Below, piece after piece: positions 1-12,298 of a DNA stretch of 64,000 nt. Within the stretch, counting starts at the first letter, position 1, and every line of letters begins with the position of its first letter. The stretch comes from Octopus vulgaris. Lineage: Eukaryota. The DNA is taken from assembly GCA_951406725.2 (NCBI GenBank), contig OX597823.1, forward strand, positions 76,570,001 through 76,634,000. The letters are read 5' to 3'. The notes under the pieces were generated by a model that did not search any database, was not told the origin of the DNA, and saw only the letters and a program-made list of their open reading frames with translations. A program made the position numbers and the translations under genes.

Positions 1-320
1 AACTAATATTCTATGCTCTATGCTGTGTTTCTGCTCTTGCAAATCTCTGGTACTTAACTGGCAACATATAAAGCATTAGTATCATTTATGTAGATTCACA
101 TAAGCCTGGGCCATACTGAACTGGCCTCTCAAACCTACCCTGCAATGTCATTCCAAAAATATACCATCATGTGACTGAAATTTTCGAAGTTACAAGATAA
201 TACAGAATAAATTCAAAGTGATGTGAATAAATAAACATTATGTTTGATAAAGTAATTTGAATACACAAGTATTTAAGTGATCTAAATTAAAACAGCCATC
301 AAAATTCCATCTTAATTAAT

Positions 321-727
321 CTTTTTATCGTTCACTTGTTTCAGTCATTTGACTGTGGCACAACCATGAACAATTTTAGCTGCATGAATTGACCCCCATA
401 CTTTTTATTTAAGCCTAGTACTTATTCTATCAGAATCTTTTGCCGAACCGCTAAGTTACAAGGATGTAAACACACCACCATCGGTTTTCAAGTGATGTTG
501 GGTGGGGGACAAACACAGACACACAAACATACACACACACACATATATATATATACATATATGCGACAGGCTTCTTTCAGTTTCCATCTACCAAATCCAC
601 TCACAAGGCTTTGGTAAGCCTGAGGCTATAGTAGAAGAAACTTGCCCAAGATGCCACGCAGTGGGACTGAACCCAGAACCATGTGGTTGGTAAGCAAGCT
701 ACTTACTACACAGCCACTCCTGCTCCT
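321..727 (-). mobile_element. tRNA-derived SINE, family A (internal CA/TA microsatellite, (AAAGAGT)n-type tail)
   Basis: On the minus strand the head has an A-box-like TGGCTGTGTAG and a B-box-like GGTTCAGTCCC. The body matches more than 15 other copies in the window. Confidence 0.85.
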
Positions 728-1737
728 ATATATATTTTCTCTACAGCAAGACACCTGTTTCTATCCCTTCATCACATTCTAATATTCCCTCACTTGGCAC
801 AAAGACACTTCTTTTAATACCACCAAAAGAAGCTTTATCTTGCATGATACTTAGTGACTTTACCGGTGTTGGTGCCATTAAAAAAATACCAAGTCCACTC
901 TATAAAGTTGTTGGCATTAGGAAAGTACATGCAGCCATAAAATCAATAACAAAGCACACAGTGGAGCTTGGCCCACCCTCTGGCTTACCAGTTCCTGTGA
1001 AACCTTCTAACCCATGCCAGCATGGTAGATGAACGTTAAAAAATGACAATGATGGTATATACAGTGGGTTTCAGTTCCCATCTACCAAATCCACTTGCAA
1101 GGCATTGGTTAGCCTGAGGCTATAGTAGACAACATTTGCTGAAGGTGCCACTCAGCAGGCCTGAACCTTAGACCATGTGGTTAAGGAACAAACTTCTTAC
1201 CACACAGCCACATCTAAGCCTCTTTGTCCAAGCATAAGCTCAATAATGACAAAATCTTTTTACTAGATTCTTCATTATTTTCAAATTTGGTTGAGACGGA
1301 AGCAATGTATTTTAACAAAAATGTGGTAAGAAATGTCTTAAATAGAAGGAGAATGCATTGAGCAAGATTAAGTTGCATTTCTCTCAATATTTAGATTTGT
1401 TACAATAAATTTTGTTCAAATATTGTTAGAATCAAACTAGTCTCATTAAAATAAGAACCAGTAATACACTTGTTATAACCAATATAGATTCCTATGAATA
1501 GTCAGACTAGTATCGGTATACTGCATTCAAAGTAGCCAGATTTTTTTGTAGCCAACATATAAAAAATTGTTTCTAATTTCATTTTTTTCCTTTCACTGAA
1601 TTTTACTTTTTCATTTTTGCTTTTAATTCTATTTAATTTTTACTATTTTTCTGTTTGTAATTTTCCATATTCAATAATGAAAATTATATTAAAACAAAGT
1701 AAACCATGAATAATAATGGGAAAAACTCTTGATCTTT

Positions 1738-1804
1738 TTACATCTCTAGAATTACAGGATATCCTTTATCAAGATCAAATAATTTGTCCATGAAATATTG
1801 GTTC
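1738..1804 (-). CDS. Candidate terminal coding exon of an unidentified gene (G|NQYFMDKLFDLDKGYPVILEM*)
   Basis: Strong acceptor ttttttttcttcttacag|G, then 21 codons and TAA. Non-repetitive sequence, phase-compatible with exon 2603-2700. Confidence 0.5.
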
Positions 1805-2602
1805 CTGTAAGAAGAAAAAAAAACATTTAAAAAAATTTGTTTTAAATATAATATTATAATTCCATTCCTCACTTTTAGTAAAAGAAATTTATTTCATATG
1901 AAAGCAGCAGTAAAAATCAACCAATAATTTTATTCTGGTAATATAGTCATAAATTCTGAGTCTATATGCAAACTAAATATATTTTTCACTGTATATTTTA
2001 AATATCATACATAGTGAAATTCTTTTAATATTATTTAAGAAAATATATTATCACCAAACATTTGATTGTGTATTCAGCTTCCAAGATTGATTTGTTTGCT
2101 TTCAGATAGTAAAGTCTTTATTTCTTATTTATTTCTAAATAATTTCTTGAGATATATCTTTCTCGCATTAAATTTTCTTTTAATTTTTTCCTCATAAGTT
2201 GTTCATTAATTAATCAAAATAATTTAAATAGGAATCAAAAAAATTTTTTTTTTTTTCCATTTTTGTTCTTTCTTTATGTATTTTTAAAAATTTATCTTCT
2301 TTCTGCGCTTGAAATCTTACATTATCAAAGCTTGTTGAGATGGAGTGACATGGGATTAAAATTAAATATTAAAGTATGTTCTATATTTTATTACCAAACA
2401 AAAGTTTAAATCAACAACTTTGTGAACAAGCGAACAGGCAGCTTTGCAATGCGCTCATTAGAAGACGCACAAAACATAAAATGAAGTTGTCTTCATTATA
2501 CAACTGGACATTTCTTTGAAGTCGACTTGTTTGTGTTCAATTCAAGAGAAAAATCATAAAAAACGCCAGTCTGTTTAATTAGTTATGAAATGAATTACTT
2601 AC

Positions 2603-2700
2603 AAATGAGTTTTATTTCTTCTTTTGTGACATTTTCTTCTAATTAAATCTAAATTTGTATCATTGTGGAAAATTTTATATTCTTGCAGGAAATCCAAATA
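2603..2700 (-). CDS. Candidate penultimate coding exon (YLDFLQEYKIFHNDTNLDLIRRKCHKRRNKTH+TT)
   Basis: Acceptor gctttctacacag|, donor |gtaagt, 98 nt open in phase 0. It ends in phase 2, and TT+G gives Leu when joined to the 1804 exon. Confidence 0.5.
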
Positions 2701-2795
2701 CTGTGTAGAAAGCGTTTGAACATATTACTTTCCAATAGTCTGAATCTTTAGTTTTCTCTTAGAATATCCGCTATCAGTAATCATATCTATCTATC

Positions 2796-2832
<37 letters not shown>

Positions 2833-2906
2833 GTATCTATGTATGAATGTATATATATATATATATATTTATGTATGTATCTATCTAGCTATCTATCTAT
2901 ACATAA

Positions 2907-2938
<32 letters not shown>

Positions 2939-2983
2939 GTATCTATCTATATCTATCTATCTATACATACATATATACTTATA

Positions 2984-3019
<36 letters not shown>

Positions 3020-3165
3020 TGTATGTATGTATGTATGTATGTAGAAGTGATTATACATAAACAATATTTTGCAACAAAGAAAGTAATGTCCGATTGCATA
3101 CTGGTTAATATGTTGGCTGAAGTGGCAAGATTTTCATAGTTCAATATTCACCCAAGAAGTATTTT

Positions 3166-3268
3166 AGATATGGAATGCTCCATGAATTTGCATGTCATCC
3201 TTGTGCAGGGGCCATGCTAAATTTCAGTATCGTCCCAATTTTAGTATATGTACTGCCAAAGCAAGTAC
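3166..3268 (-). pseudogene. U6: U6 snRNA copy, degenerate (probable pseudogene)
   Basis: Reverse complement GTACTTGCTTTGGCAGTACATATACTAAAATTGGGACGATACTGAAATTTAGCATGGCCCCTGCACAAGGATGACATGCAAATTCATGGAGCATTCCATATCT aligns full-length to canonical U6. The ACAGAGA box is mutated to ACTGAAA and the T-run terminator is lost. Confidence 0.9.
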
Positions 3269-3294
3269 AATAGTAAATCTGATGTGAAAAATGA

Positions 3295-3301
3295 ATATAT
3301 A
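3295..3301 (-). promoter_or_regulatory. TATA-like element at -27..-33 of the U6 copy
   Basis: TATATAT at the position expected for a type-3 Pol III promoter. The AT-rich background lowers its significance. Confidence 0.4.
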
Positions 3302-3454
3302 GTGCGTGTTAAATAGTTTTGAAGATTTTCTTTTAATTCATTACTTTGTCTGTCTATCTGTCTATCACTCCTTCCTCTTCCTCTCCCTCCTTCCTCCTCC
3401 TCCTTCCTCTCTCTCTCTCCCTCTCTCTCTCTACATATATATATATATATTGTT

Positions 3455-3850
3455 GTTGTTGACATCCTTTTGTCTCAGGAGACTATGGAGTTGCACATAA
3501 ACTAATCCAGTCTGGTTTTTACATTTTGTGTCCCCTCCAGTTTGCTCCCCTGTCTTGCAGAGGCATGGGATAGATGCAAGAAAATCTTGGGTAGCCCAAT
3601 CGTCAGGATTCCCCTCTCGACCTTGCTGACGTAGTCCAAAGGAGTGCAGAGCATTACGTTTGGCACCAGTTTGGTCGCAAGAGCTGCCGGAAGAATGTCG
3701 AGTCGAACACTAAACTGCCTACGGGGCTCCACTCTGGATTTTGTTGAAGGTTGTCTCCTTTCTGTAACCCTGGATAGGGGCCCATACCAAGTACTGTCAG
3801 CCAGAGCCAGCTGAGCCCTGGACTCATGTCAGGCAGGGTCGTTACTGCCT
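3455..3850 (+). mobile_element. GC-rich repeat resembling the 5' region of RTE-clade non-LTR elements
   Basis: Motifs ccctctcgaccttgctgacgtagtccaaagg, acgtttggcaccag and ggggctccactctggattt are recalled from RTE 5' UTRs. Not verified by search. Confidence 0.45.
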
Positions 3851-3888
3851 GAAATAGTGAAGAAAATCACTACCCACTACCTAATAAA

Positions 3889-3921
<33 letters not shown>

Positions 3922-3964
3922 CATATATATATATATACTTATATATATATATATGTATATATAT

Positions 3965-4325
3965 ATCTTTATCTTTACCTTGTTTCAGTCGTTAGACTGT
4001 GGTCATGCTGGGGCACTGGCTTAAGCATTTTACTTGAGTGAATCAACCCCAGTACTAATTTTTTTAAAGCCTGGCACTTATTCTATCATTCTCTTTGACT
4101 GAACTACCAAGTTATAGGGATGCAAACACACCAACATCAGTTTTCAAAGACTGTTAGGGATAAACACACAGACACAAAGACATACAGACACATATATATA
4201 CAATGGACATCTTTCAATTTCTGTCTACCAAATCCACTCACAAGTCATTGGTCAGCCTGAGGCTATAGTTGGTACCACTCAGTGGGACTTAACCTGGAAC
4301 AATTTGGTTGGGAAGCAAACTTGTT
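3965..4325 (-). mobile_element. SINE family A, diverged copy
   Basis: Same body as 321-727. Confidence 0.75.
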
Positions 4326-4333
4326 AAAAAAAT

Positions 4334-4371
<38 letters not shown>

Positions 4372-4376
<5 letters not shown>

Positions 4377-4570
4377 TAATCCAAACATGAAAACACAAAG
4401 AGAAAACACAACAACACAAGGACGTGGAACAAATATAGTATTATTGGACGCTCAGGAAGGAAGTGAAGAAGAAGCGCTTTATGTTTGGAGTGGAGCTCTT
4501 TGTCAGAAACATAGGAAAAGGAAAGATCCAGAGAAGGTAAGACGGAGGAAAAAAAATCGCGGTCACACAC
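4372..4570 (-). mobile_element. Short hammerhead-bearing repeat (PLE pLTR-like), paralogue of 46636-46848
   Basis: Closely similar in reverse complement to 46636-46848. Embedded in (TA)n. The hammerhead core at ~4476-4510 is decayed. Confidence 0.7.
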
Positions 4571-4750
4571 ACACATATATATATGTGGTAAAAAAAGTCA
4601 AGGTAGAAAATGCTAAAATGATTTTATATAAAACATTTCTGTACCGGTTTCAGTTATTGAGACATTTACAACTATAAGTAGGGAAAACAATTGAATTTTG
4701 GAAAAATTAAAAGAAAGTTATCTATATATATGCCTGTGTGTGTATGTATG

Positions 4751-4787
<37 letters not shown>

Positions 4788-4978
4788 CCTTTTATTTTTT
4801 TATTTAATTTTTTTTATTATAATTTTTTTTTTTGCTTTCCTCTTTCTTTCCTTTTACAATCCCTTTTGATTGAAAACCAACCCACGTTTTTTTTATCCCC
4901 AAAAAGAAAAGCTCTACCTTGTAATTTGTCCCGTCTGTGTGGCTAATAAAGAAACATATCTATCTATCTATCTATCTA

Positions 4979-5021
<43 letters not shown>

Positions 5022-5908
5022 TTACTTACATACGCACATGTACACTCATGCACGACGATAGATGGATAGATAAGTACACTCACATCTATTTATATACATA
5101 TGCACAAACATCCATATTTATACACGCATTTATACATTTGGGTGTACTAACAGGAAAAAAGCACTTAGTTTACATATAATAGACTTGTGTTTATCCATCT
5201 ATCTATTTATCTATCTGTGTGTGTATGTATGTATGTATGTATGAATGCTTTTATGTATTTATATTTGCATACACACACACAAAAAAAAATTGGAAATTTT
5301 TCCAATGGTGCCATTGCATGAAAAACATAATTTAAGAGCCAATCTACCATACTTAATTTGGTGAGTCAAAAATAATTTTAAATCAATGGATATTATAACT
5401 ATAAAGAGAAGAAAAAAAATCATTGGTGTTAATGAAAATTACCCATAAAAGAGACAAGAGAGAGAACTTCTGTAACACTAACAGGCAATTAATTAGAGGA
5501 AGATATACAGGGAGACAGATGGGTCTCATCTTTAGAAGCTTTGGTGTGCTTCGGTTTTATGCGGCATCCTTAGTAAAACATAGTCAACTTACAGCTATTA
5601 CCAAAATCTCAGAACGTCTAATAGATATAGATTTTTTTTTGCAGTAGAGAACGGTTGGTATGAATTATAATTTGTTGATTATGCAAATTAATATAATGAC
5701 AATGGAAAATTTCCCAGTGGTGCCTTTTCATTATGGTTATAATTTCAATTGATTAAAAATAATTTTTTGCTCACCACATTATACATGGTATCCAGTACAC
5801 AACTCTGTGTGTACATATATAAATATATATGTGTGTGTGCGTTTATATACATATCTAGCTATCTATCTGTCTGTATATCTGTCTATCTATCTATCTATCT
5901 ATATTTAT

Positions 5909-5965
<57 letters not shown>

Positions 5966-6430
5966 TTTGTACATACACACATATGTACACATATATATAT
6001 GTATGTATACACACATACACACACACATATGCAGATATATGTATGAATAAATATATCTTATGAAAAATAGATACATACAATTTATTGTTTGGTATATATG
6101 TGTATATGAAATGCTATTATTTCCAGATTTATTATTCTTAGATGTATCTAATTTTGCAGCTATCACTCTAAGTTGTTTCTAGCTGTAAAACTAGACACAA
6201 CCTAGAATAATCTAGAACAAACAGAGCAACCATGGTGTATAGCTGCATAAAGTTTGGCTTGTGTAATCCTGTCAGAATTATTTCACAATGGCTCTACACT
6301 AAACTGAAGAATGGTAAATGTGGCTTATGGAGCTAGAGCTCTTTTATTAGAATTTCCTTTTATTTCCCGACCCCTTTATGCTAATACTAGAATATATTAT
6401 ACAGTTCTGTATTTAAGAGATGAGGAATTA

Positions 6431-7003
6431 TGTACATTGTTCACATTACTTACATTTCACGGATATTTGTCCTCATCTTGTTTGTTGTTAACACAATGTT
6501 TCAGCTGATATAGCCGCCAGCCTTCATCAGGTGCCATGGGGTAATTTCAAACCTGGGTTCTCATTCCTAAGGTATTTTTCAATGTCATCATCGTCGTCAT
6601 CGTCGTCGTCATCGTCATGGTCATCATGGTCATCATGATCATCATGGTCATCATGATCATGGTCATGATCATGGCCATGATCATCATCATTATTGTTCAG
6701 GTCACTGTCTGGAATCGATCTCAGAATCTTGGAGTTACTACCCTGTGCTCTTAACCACTACAAGCATATGGCATAGTGGCTAAGAGCATGGGCTACTAAC
6801 CCCAAGATTCCGAGTTCGAATCCAGGCAGAGACGTGAATAATAATAATAACATTGAAAAATACTTTAGGAATGAGAACCCAGGTTCGAAATTTCCCCAAG
6901 ATACCTGAAGAAGGCTGGAGGGTATATCAGCTGAAACGTTGTGTTAACAACAAACAAGATGAGGACAAATATCCATCAAATGTAAATAATGTAAATAATG
7001 TAA
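6431..7003. mobile_element. Head-to-head inverted pair of a PLE 3' module (tRNA-like head, (AAT/GAT)n, minimal hammerhead)
   Basis: The arms are reverse complements about CATATG at 6765-6770. A box TGGCATAGTGG at 6769-6779, B box GTTCGAATCC at 6814-6823. The same module follows a PLE endonuclease C-terminus at 26140-26395. Confidence 0.8.
6900..6945 (+). ncRNA. Minimal type I hammerhead ribozyme motif
   Basis: gatac-CTGAAGA-aggctg..cagct-GAAA-CG-TT-gtgtt: helix I gatac/gtgtt, palindromic helix III AACGTT. The mirror copy at ~6489-6535 (-) has CTGATGA. Confidence 0.65.
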
Positions 7004-7725
7004 GACTATATTAATTGCCTCTTCACCTTACTACTGAGTTATTTAGAGATCCAGATGTGGCAGCATAGAAAGATGTTTGCTTCTCCACCAAATGGTTCTA
7101 GGTTCAGTCCCACTGCTTGGCACATTGGACTAACGTCTTCTACTATAGCCTCAGGCTAACTAAAGCCTTGTGAGTGGATTTGGTAGATGGAAACTGAAAG
7201 AAGTCCATCATGTGTATAAGCACACATACACACTCATATATACATATGTGTATGAGATTCTAAAACCAAAGTGCTACATAAAATGCATTTGTGTGGGTGT
7301 TGGTGCCATGTAAAAAGCACTCAGTAGACTCTATAAATTGGTTGGCATTAGGAAGGGTATCCAGCTGTAGAATCCATGCCAAAGCAGACTATGGAACTTG
7401 TAATGGTTCCTGGCTTTGCAGTACCTGTCTAACCATCCGAACTATGCCAGCATAGAAAAAGGACATTAAATGTAGATGATGATAATGAAGATGATGGTTA
7501 TGATGATGATGTTGCTTAATGTAGTCTCCATATAATACCAACCTTTGGCAGAATATTTTTACATTTACTGTAGCCACATATGAAAATAACAAAACTACAC
7601 TAGATAATGTGTGTGTACATGTGTGTGCATGTGTGTTTGTTTATATATATGCATATGTGTGTGTATGACTATGTGCATGTGTCTGTATATATATTATGAA
7701 TGTGTGTGTGGGTGTGTGTGTGTGT

Positions 7726-8010
7726 GAAGGTGCATGGCTTAGTGGTTAAGATGTTGCATTCATGATTGCGAGATCATAGGTTCAATTCCCAGGCCAGCTG
7801 CTGCTTTGTGTTCTTGAACAAATCACTTCATTTCACATTGCTCTGCGATGATTTCGACATCTGCCATGAGGCACTTGTTTGCACCTGTACAGGTAATGTT
7901 GATCTGATGGAGGGAGTGATCTTGCGTCTACACAAACATTTGATCAGTATAAACAAATCATCTGTGTGGTTGTTTGGTAAGAAATAGTCGAAACCCCATA
8001 CGTCATCTAA
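7726..8010 (+). mobile_element. tRNA-derived SINE, family C
   Basis: Head TGGCTTAGTGG (A box) ... GGTTCAATTCC (B box), then gtgttcttgaacaaatcactt. Related to 22430, 44362 and 53562. Confidence 0.7.
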
Positions 8011-8076
8011 CGATGGGTGAGTTCATTATATGTATATATACACTCATACACACATACATGTATACACACACACACA

Positions 8077-8133
<57 letters not shown>

Positions 8134-8135
<2 letters not shown>

Positions 8136-8365
8136 CTGGCCCCTGTGGCCATTGCCAGCCTCGCCTGGCACCTGTGCGGGTGGCACGTAAAAAGCACCCA
8201 CTACACTCACGGAATGGTTGGCGTTAGGAAGGGCATCCAGCCGTAGAAACACGGCCAGATCAGACCGGGCCTGATGCAGCCGTCTGGCTTCACAGACCCC
8301 AGTTGAACCGTCCAACCCATGCTAGCATGGAAAGCGGACGCTAGATGATGATGATGATGATGATA
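8134..8365 (+). mobile_element. RTE-associated 3' tail repeat ending in (GAT)n
   Basis: Same sequence as the 3' end of the RTE fragment at 33540-33740 (-). Other copies at ~870-1055, 7290-7510, 16650-16850, 18198-18445, 30345-30530 (-) and 51148-51477. Confidence 0.75.
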
Positions 8366-9303
8366 TATGAACATTATTCATGTCACATATATGTGTTGTG
8401 AAACACTCTAACACTGCAATATTTTATCCAAGAAAGGTTCATTAATAGCCTAGAGTGTATAATTAAAAGCCGAGCAAAATGAGCCAGCCTGGAAGTGAGC
8501 AAAAATGACACACATTGATATTTTGTAGCTAAATTCTGCTCATCGGTGCTGTATGGTCAGTTCACCCTCAAAATAATTTTAAATTGTTGGCCTGAAGTAT
8601 ATACAGACATTGAGAATATTTACATCAGAGCTGCTGCTAAAAAAAAAATGTGAATACACACACACATGGTCAAAATGTACGAAAAACAGAAAAAAATAAA
8701 CCGAAAACAAAGACAGGTGAAGGGAACATCAATCAAGCTGTATTAGTTTGATGCTTGGGAAAAATGGAGATGTCTTTGATTTTTCAAGCCTACTCTTGTC
8801 AAGAGAAAAGGATGAGGAATAGAAATGGAAAGAGACAAAAACATGCCTGGTTTAAAAGTTTCACATGTTGAATTAATTGGAGGTTGTTGATATATAATCA
8901 ATAATTGGATGTCCACATTCCACACGAGATTGGAATGAAGAATTATGAAGGTGCCATTGCGCCTTCATGTGGAGATGCAATGGCCCAGTGGTTAGAGAAG
9001 TGGACTCGTGGTCGTAGGATTATGGTTTCGATTCCCAGATCACATATTGCCTACAGCAGACCCAAAAGTGCCACCCAGGCTGAACCACCTTTACTGCCTC
9101 ACCCTAGCTATGCTAGTGCAGAGGACCATGTTTTACTTTCATGTCTCAGATTTGGGATTAATTTCTATGGTTGCGAGCCCTTTTTTGTGCCAACCACTTC
9201 CAAGATTATTCTGGGAGCATTTTGTTGTAACACTAGCACTTGAAAACTTGTAGTACCCTCAGCAAGGTGAAAGAACCCTCTTTACAGAGAACTTATGTTG
9301 CCT

Positions 9304-9546
9304 TATAAGGCAGTGAGAACTTATAAGGCGGTGAGCTGGCAGAAACGTTAGCATGCTGGGCGAAATGCTTAGTCTACCATTACATTCTGAGTTCAAATTC
9401 TGCCGAGGTCAACTTTGACTTTCATCCTTTCAGGGTTGATAAATTAAGTACCAGTACGCACTGGAGTTGATGTAATCGACTTAACCCTTTTGTCTGTCCT
9501 TGTTTGTCCCTTCTAAGTTTAGCCCCTTGTGGGCAATAAAGAAATA
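9304..9546 (+). mobile_element. SINE family B (central CTTTCATCCTTTCGGGGTCGATAAATTAAGTACCAG domain) with 18-bp TSD
   Basis: Flanked by agagaacttatgttgcct at 9286-9303 and 9547-9564. About 10 further copies in the window. Confidence 0.85.
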
Positions 9547-10559
9547 AGAGAACTTATGTTGCCTCTGCTTGTGCATTTTATTCTTGCGCTGACACTCATT
9601 CAGTAGCTCTGCACCTCACAAGAATTCATTTCTAAGAGGATGTTGAAAGAAGCTGAAGTAGTAAGCAATGGTGAGAACAGTTAATGATGTGAGAGTGTGG
9701 TAGAGGAAGGAGCCATACGAATTGAGATTGATAGAAGAGATGAGAACTTTGGAACATAAGAGATTAATTGGAAGAAAGAGAAATAGAAAATGATGAGAGG
9801 GATGTAGAAGAGGAAATAGTAGAAGTGAGTGAGAGATGATTGTAGAGAGGCAAGTAACAGACATGACAGTTCTGACATTCTACACCACTGACTATACAAG
9901 GAAATAGGGAAGATGTTATATAATTTCACAAGTCAGCCTTGTTATTCAGTTGCAATTTGTGGATTAATTTATGGAAAAGAGACAGTAACTCCTGGTGTTT
10001 ATGAGAGAGAAAGGCAATGATGAAAATGATATATTTGAGGTTAAAAGGATGAATGGTTGCTGGATAGTCATAGAGAGGGATGATAGTAAGAGAAGAGTGA
10101 TGTGTTTAAATTATGAGTAACCTGGGGATGGTGTGATTGCTAGAGGGAATTTTGACAGCAGGAGGTATCCGAAATGGATGGTTCTAATGGAGTCCTTTGT
10201 TTCACTGGAACTGGGATGAAAGAAAGAGAGAGAGAGAGTGTGTGTGAAAGACAGAGGTAAAGTAATAAGGATGGTGGAGGGAAAGAGTAGAGGGATGGGG
10301 ATTTAGTGATATTTCACGTTATTTGGATGGAATTGTACAGTGAATAGGAAAAGGTAATTGATAGAAAGTTGGGAAGGTGATGAAGAGACAGGTTTAAGAG
10401 GAAAGAGGGTGAGTCAAAGAGAACTAGAAGGAATCATAGAAACAGGTAGAAAGCATGATGAGGAAATAACTATGCAGATACCTTATACACTCCAGCCACT
10501 ACAAAGATTATTTTAGCATTTTTTCTCCACTGTCTTTGCACGTGTGCATGGGAAAGCAT

Positions 10560-11010
10560 GTCTGCTCCAGTTTTGTTCGTTGTCAGTTATTGCTGTCCTT
10601 GGTTATCTTCTTTGCGAGGTTCACTAATTTGTTTCATGTCTTCCCAGGTTTCCCTCTTCCATAGGTTCCATCCATTGTAAGCACTCAGCACATTTTTGTA
10701 CATATGCCATTATTTGCATATACATCATGTGTCCACACCGTAGCAGTTTTTTACTTTTGCTCACTATATCAGGCTCCAGTATTTTTGGTGGTGCATGCTG
10801 GAATCACATTGTGCATGTTTGCAGATCTTTCTCATTAAATGACCCCTATCTCACAACCATGCAGGATCAAGTATCTTACACAAGTATCACACAAAGTGTT
10901 CTGCTCCTTCTTGCTAGCAGAGTTCATAACTCCTTGAACGATTTTCCCTCCTTCCTTACACTGGTTTCAATGCTATTAGAACACAAACCTTCACTGCTGA
11001 TTAGATTTCT
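10560..11010 (-). mobile_element. Degenerate RTE LINE 3' fragment
   Basis: Broken translation ...CDTCVRYLILHG...GHMMYM...DGTYGRGKPGKT parallels the fragment at 34040-34680. Confidence 0.55.
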
Positions 11011-11120
11011 TAAAAAATAGAGCAACATATTAGAGAGAGGATGGCCATAGTTGGAGAGTCTTTTGTTTGCTTGACATGGCTCATCTGGAGCTAAGCAACA
11101 AAATCAATTTGTGTGTTTAC

Positions 11121-11520
11121 ACTCTCTTTACTCTTACTCTTTTACTCTTTTACTTGTTTCAGTCATTTGACTGTGGCCATGCCGGAGCACCACCTTTAGT
11201 CGAACAAATCGACCCCAGGACTTATTCTTTGTAAGCCTAGTACTTATTCTATTGGTCTCTTTTGCCAAACCGCTAAGTTACAGGGGACATAAACACACCA
11301 GCATCGGTTGTCAAGAAATGTTAGTGGGGACAAACACAGACACACAAACACATACACACACAAATATATATATACATATATACGATGGGCTTCTTCCAGT
11401 TTACGTCCACCAAATCCACTCGCAAGGCTTTGGTCGGCCCGAGGCTATAGCAGAAGACACTTGCCCAAGGTGCCACGCAGTGGGACTAAACCCAGAAATA
11501 TGTGGTTCATAAGCAAGCTA
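11121..11520 (-). mobile_element. SINE family A
   Basis: Near-consensus copy. Confidence 0.85.
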
Positions 11521-11887
11521 AGATTTTCCACATCTTAGTGATGGTCCAGTTGCCATCATATCCTTCACATACTGATAGAGAGAAACATCTGTGATCTGAG
11601 ATAACTAAAGGTATGTTTGATCATTGCCAGCCAAAGACTCTCCATTCAGAAAATGGCTCTTAATAATATCATTACTCAAGCATCTCAGAGAACACATAAC
11701 AACACAACTTGAGAAGAGCTGCCTGCTTTTAGAACTTCTCCACAGGGTGTCTTGAGACAGCAGCAAACAGCAATTACATTGTAAACTTCAATATATGTTC
11801 CATGTACTCTAAAAGAAGTCATGTAGCACCAGCAGAAGCCATAAAAAAGACAATCCAACAATGTCTAGAGAGAGGATGGAATCATAT

Positions 11888-12298
11888 ACTCTTTTACTCT
11901 TTTACTTGCTTCAGTCATTTGACTGCGGCCATGCTGGAGCACAACCTTTAGTCAAGCAAATCGACCCCAGGACTTATTCTTTGTAAGTCTAGTACTTATT
12001 CTATCAGTCTCTTTTGTCAAACCGCTAAGTTACGAGGACGTAAACACACCAGCATTGGTTGTCAACCGATGTTAGTGGGGACAAACACAGACACACAAAC
12101 ATACACACACACACACATATATATATATATACATATACATATATACAACAGGCTTCTTTCAGTTTCCATCTACCAAATCTACTCACAAGGCTTTGGTCGG
12201 CCCAAAGCTATAGTAGAAGACACTTGCCCAAGTGGGACTGAACCCGGAACTATGTGGTTGGTAAGCAAGCTACTTACTACGCAGCCAGTCCTGCACAT
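11888..12298 (-). mobile_element. SINE family A
   Basis: Near-full-length copy. Confidence 0.85.

Noticed and set aside
502-693. Recurrent peptide ..QIHSQGFGRPEAIVEDTCPRCHAVGLNPEPCGW appearing as a 'gene family'
   Set aside because: Antisense translation of the family A SINE; frames are not preserved between copies.
6769-6835. SINE/PLE heads as functional tRNA genes (also 22430, 26140, 44362, 53562)
   Set aside because: A/B boxes are present, but there is no closed acceptor stem and they run on into repeat bodies.
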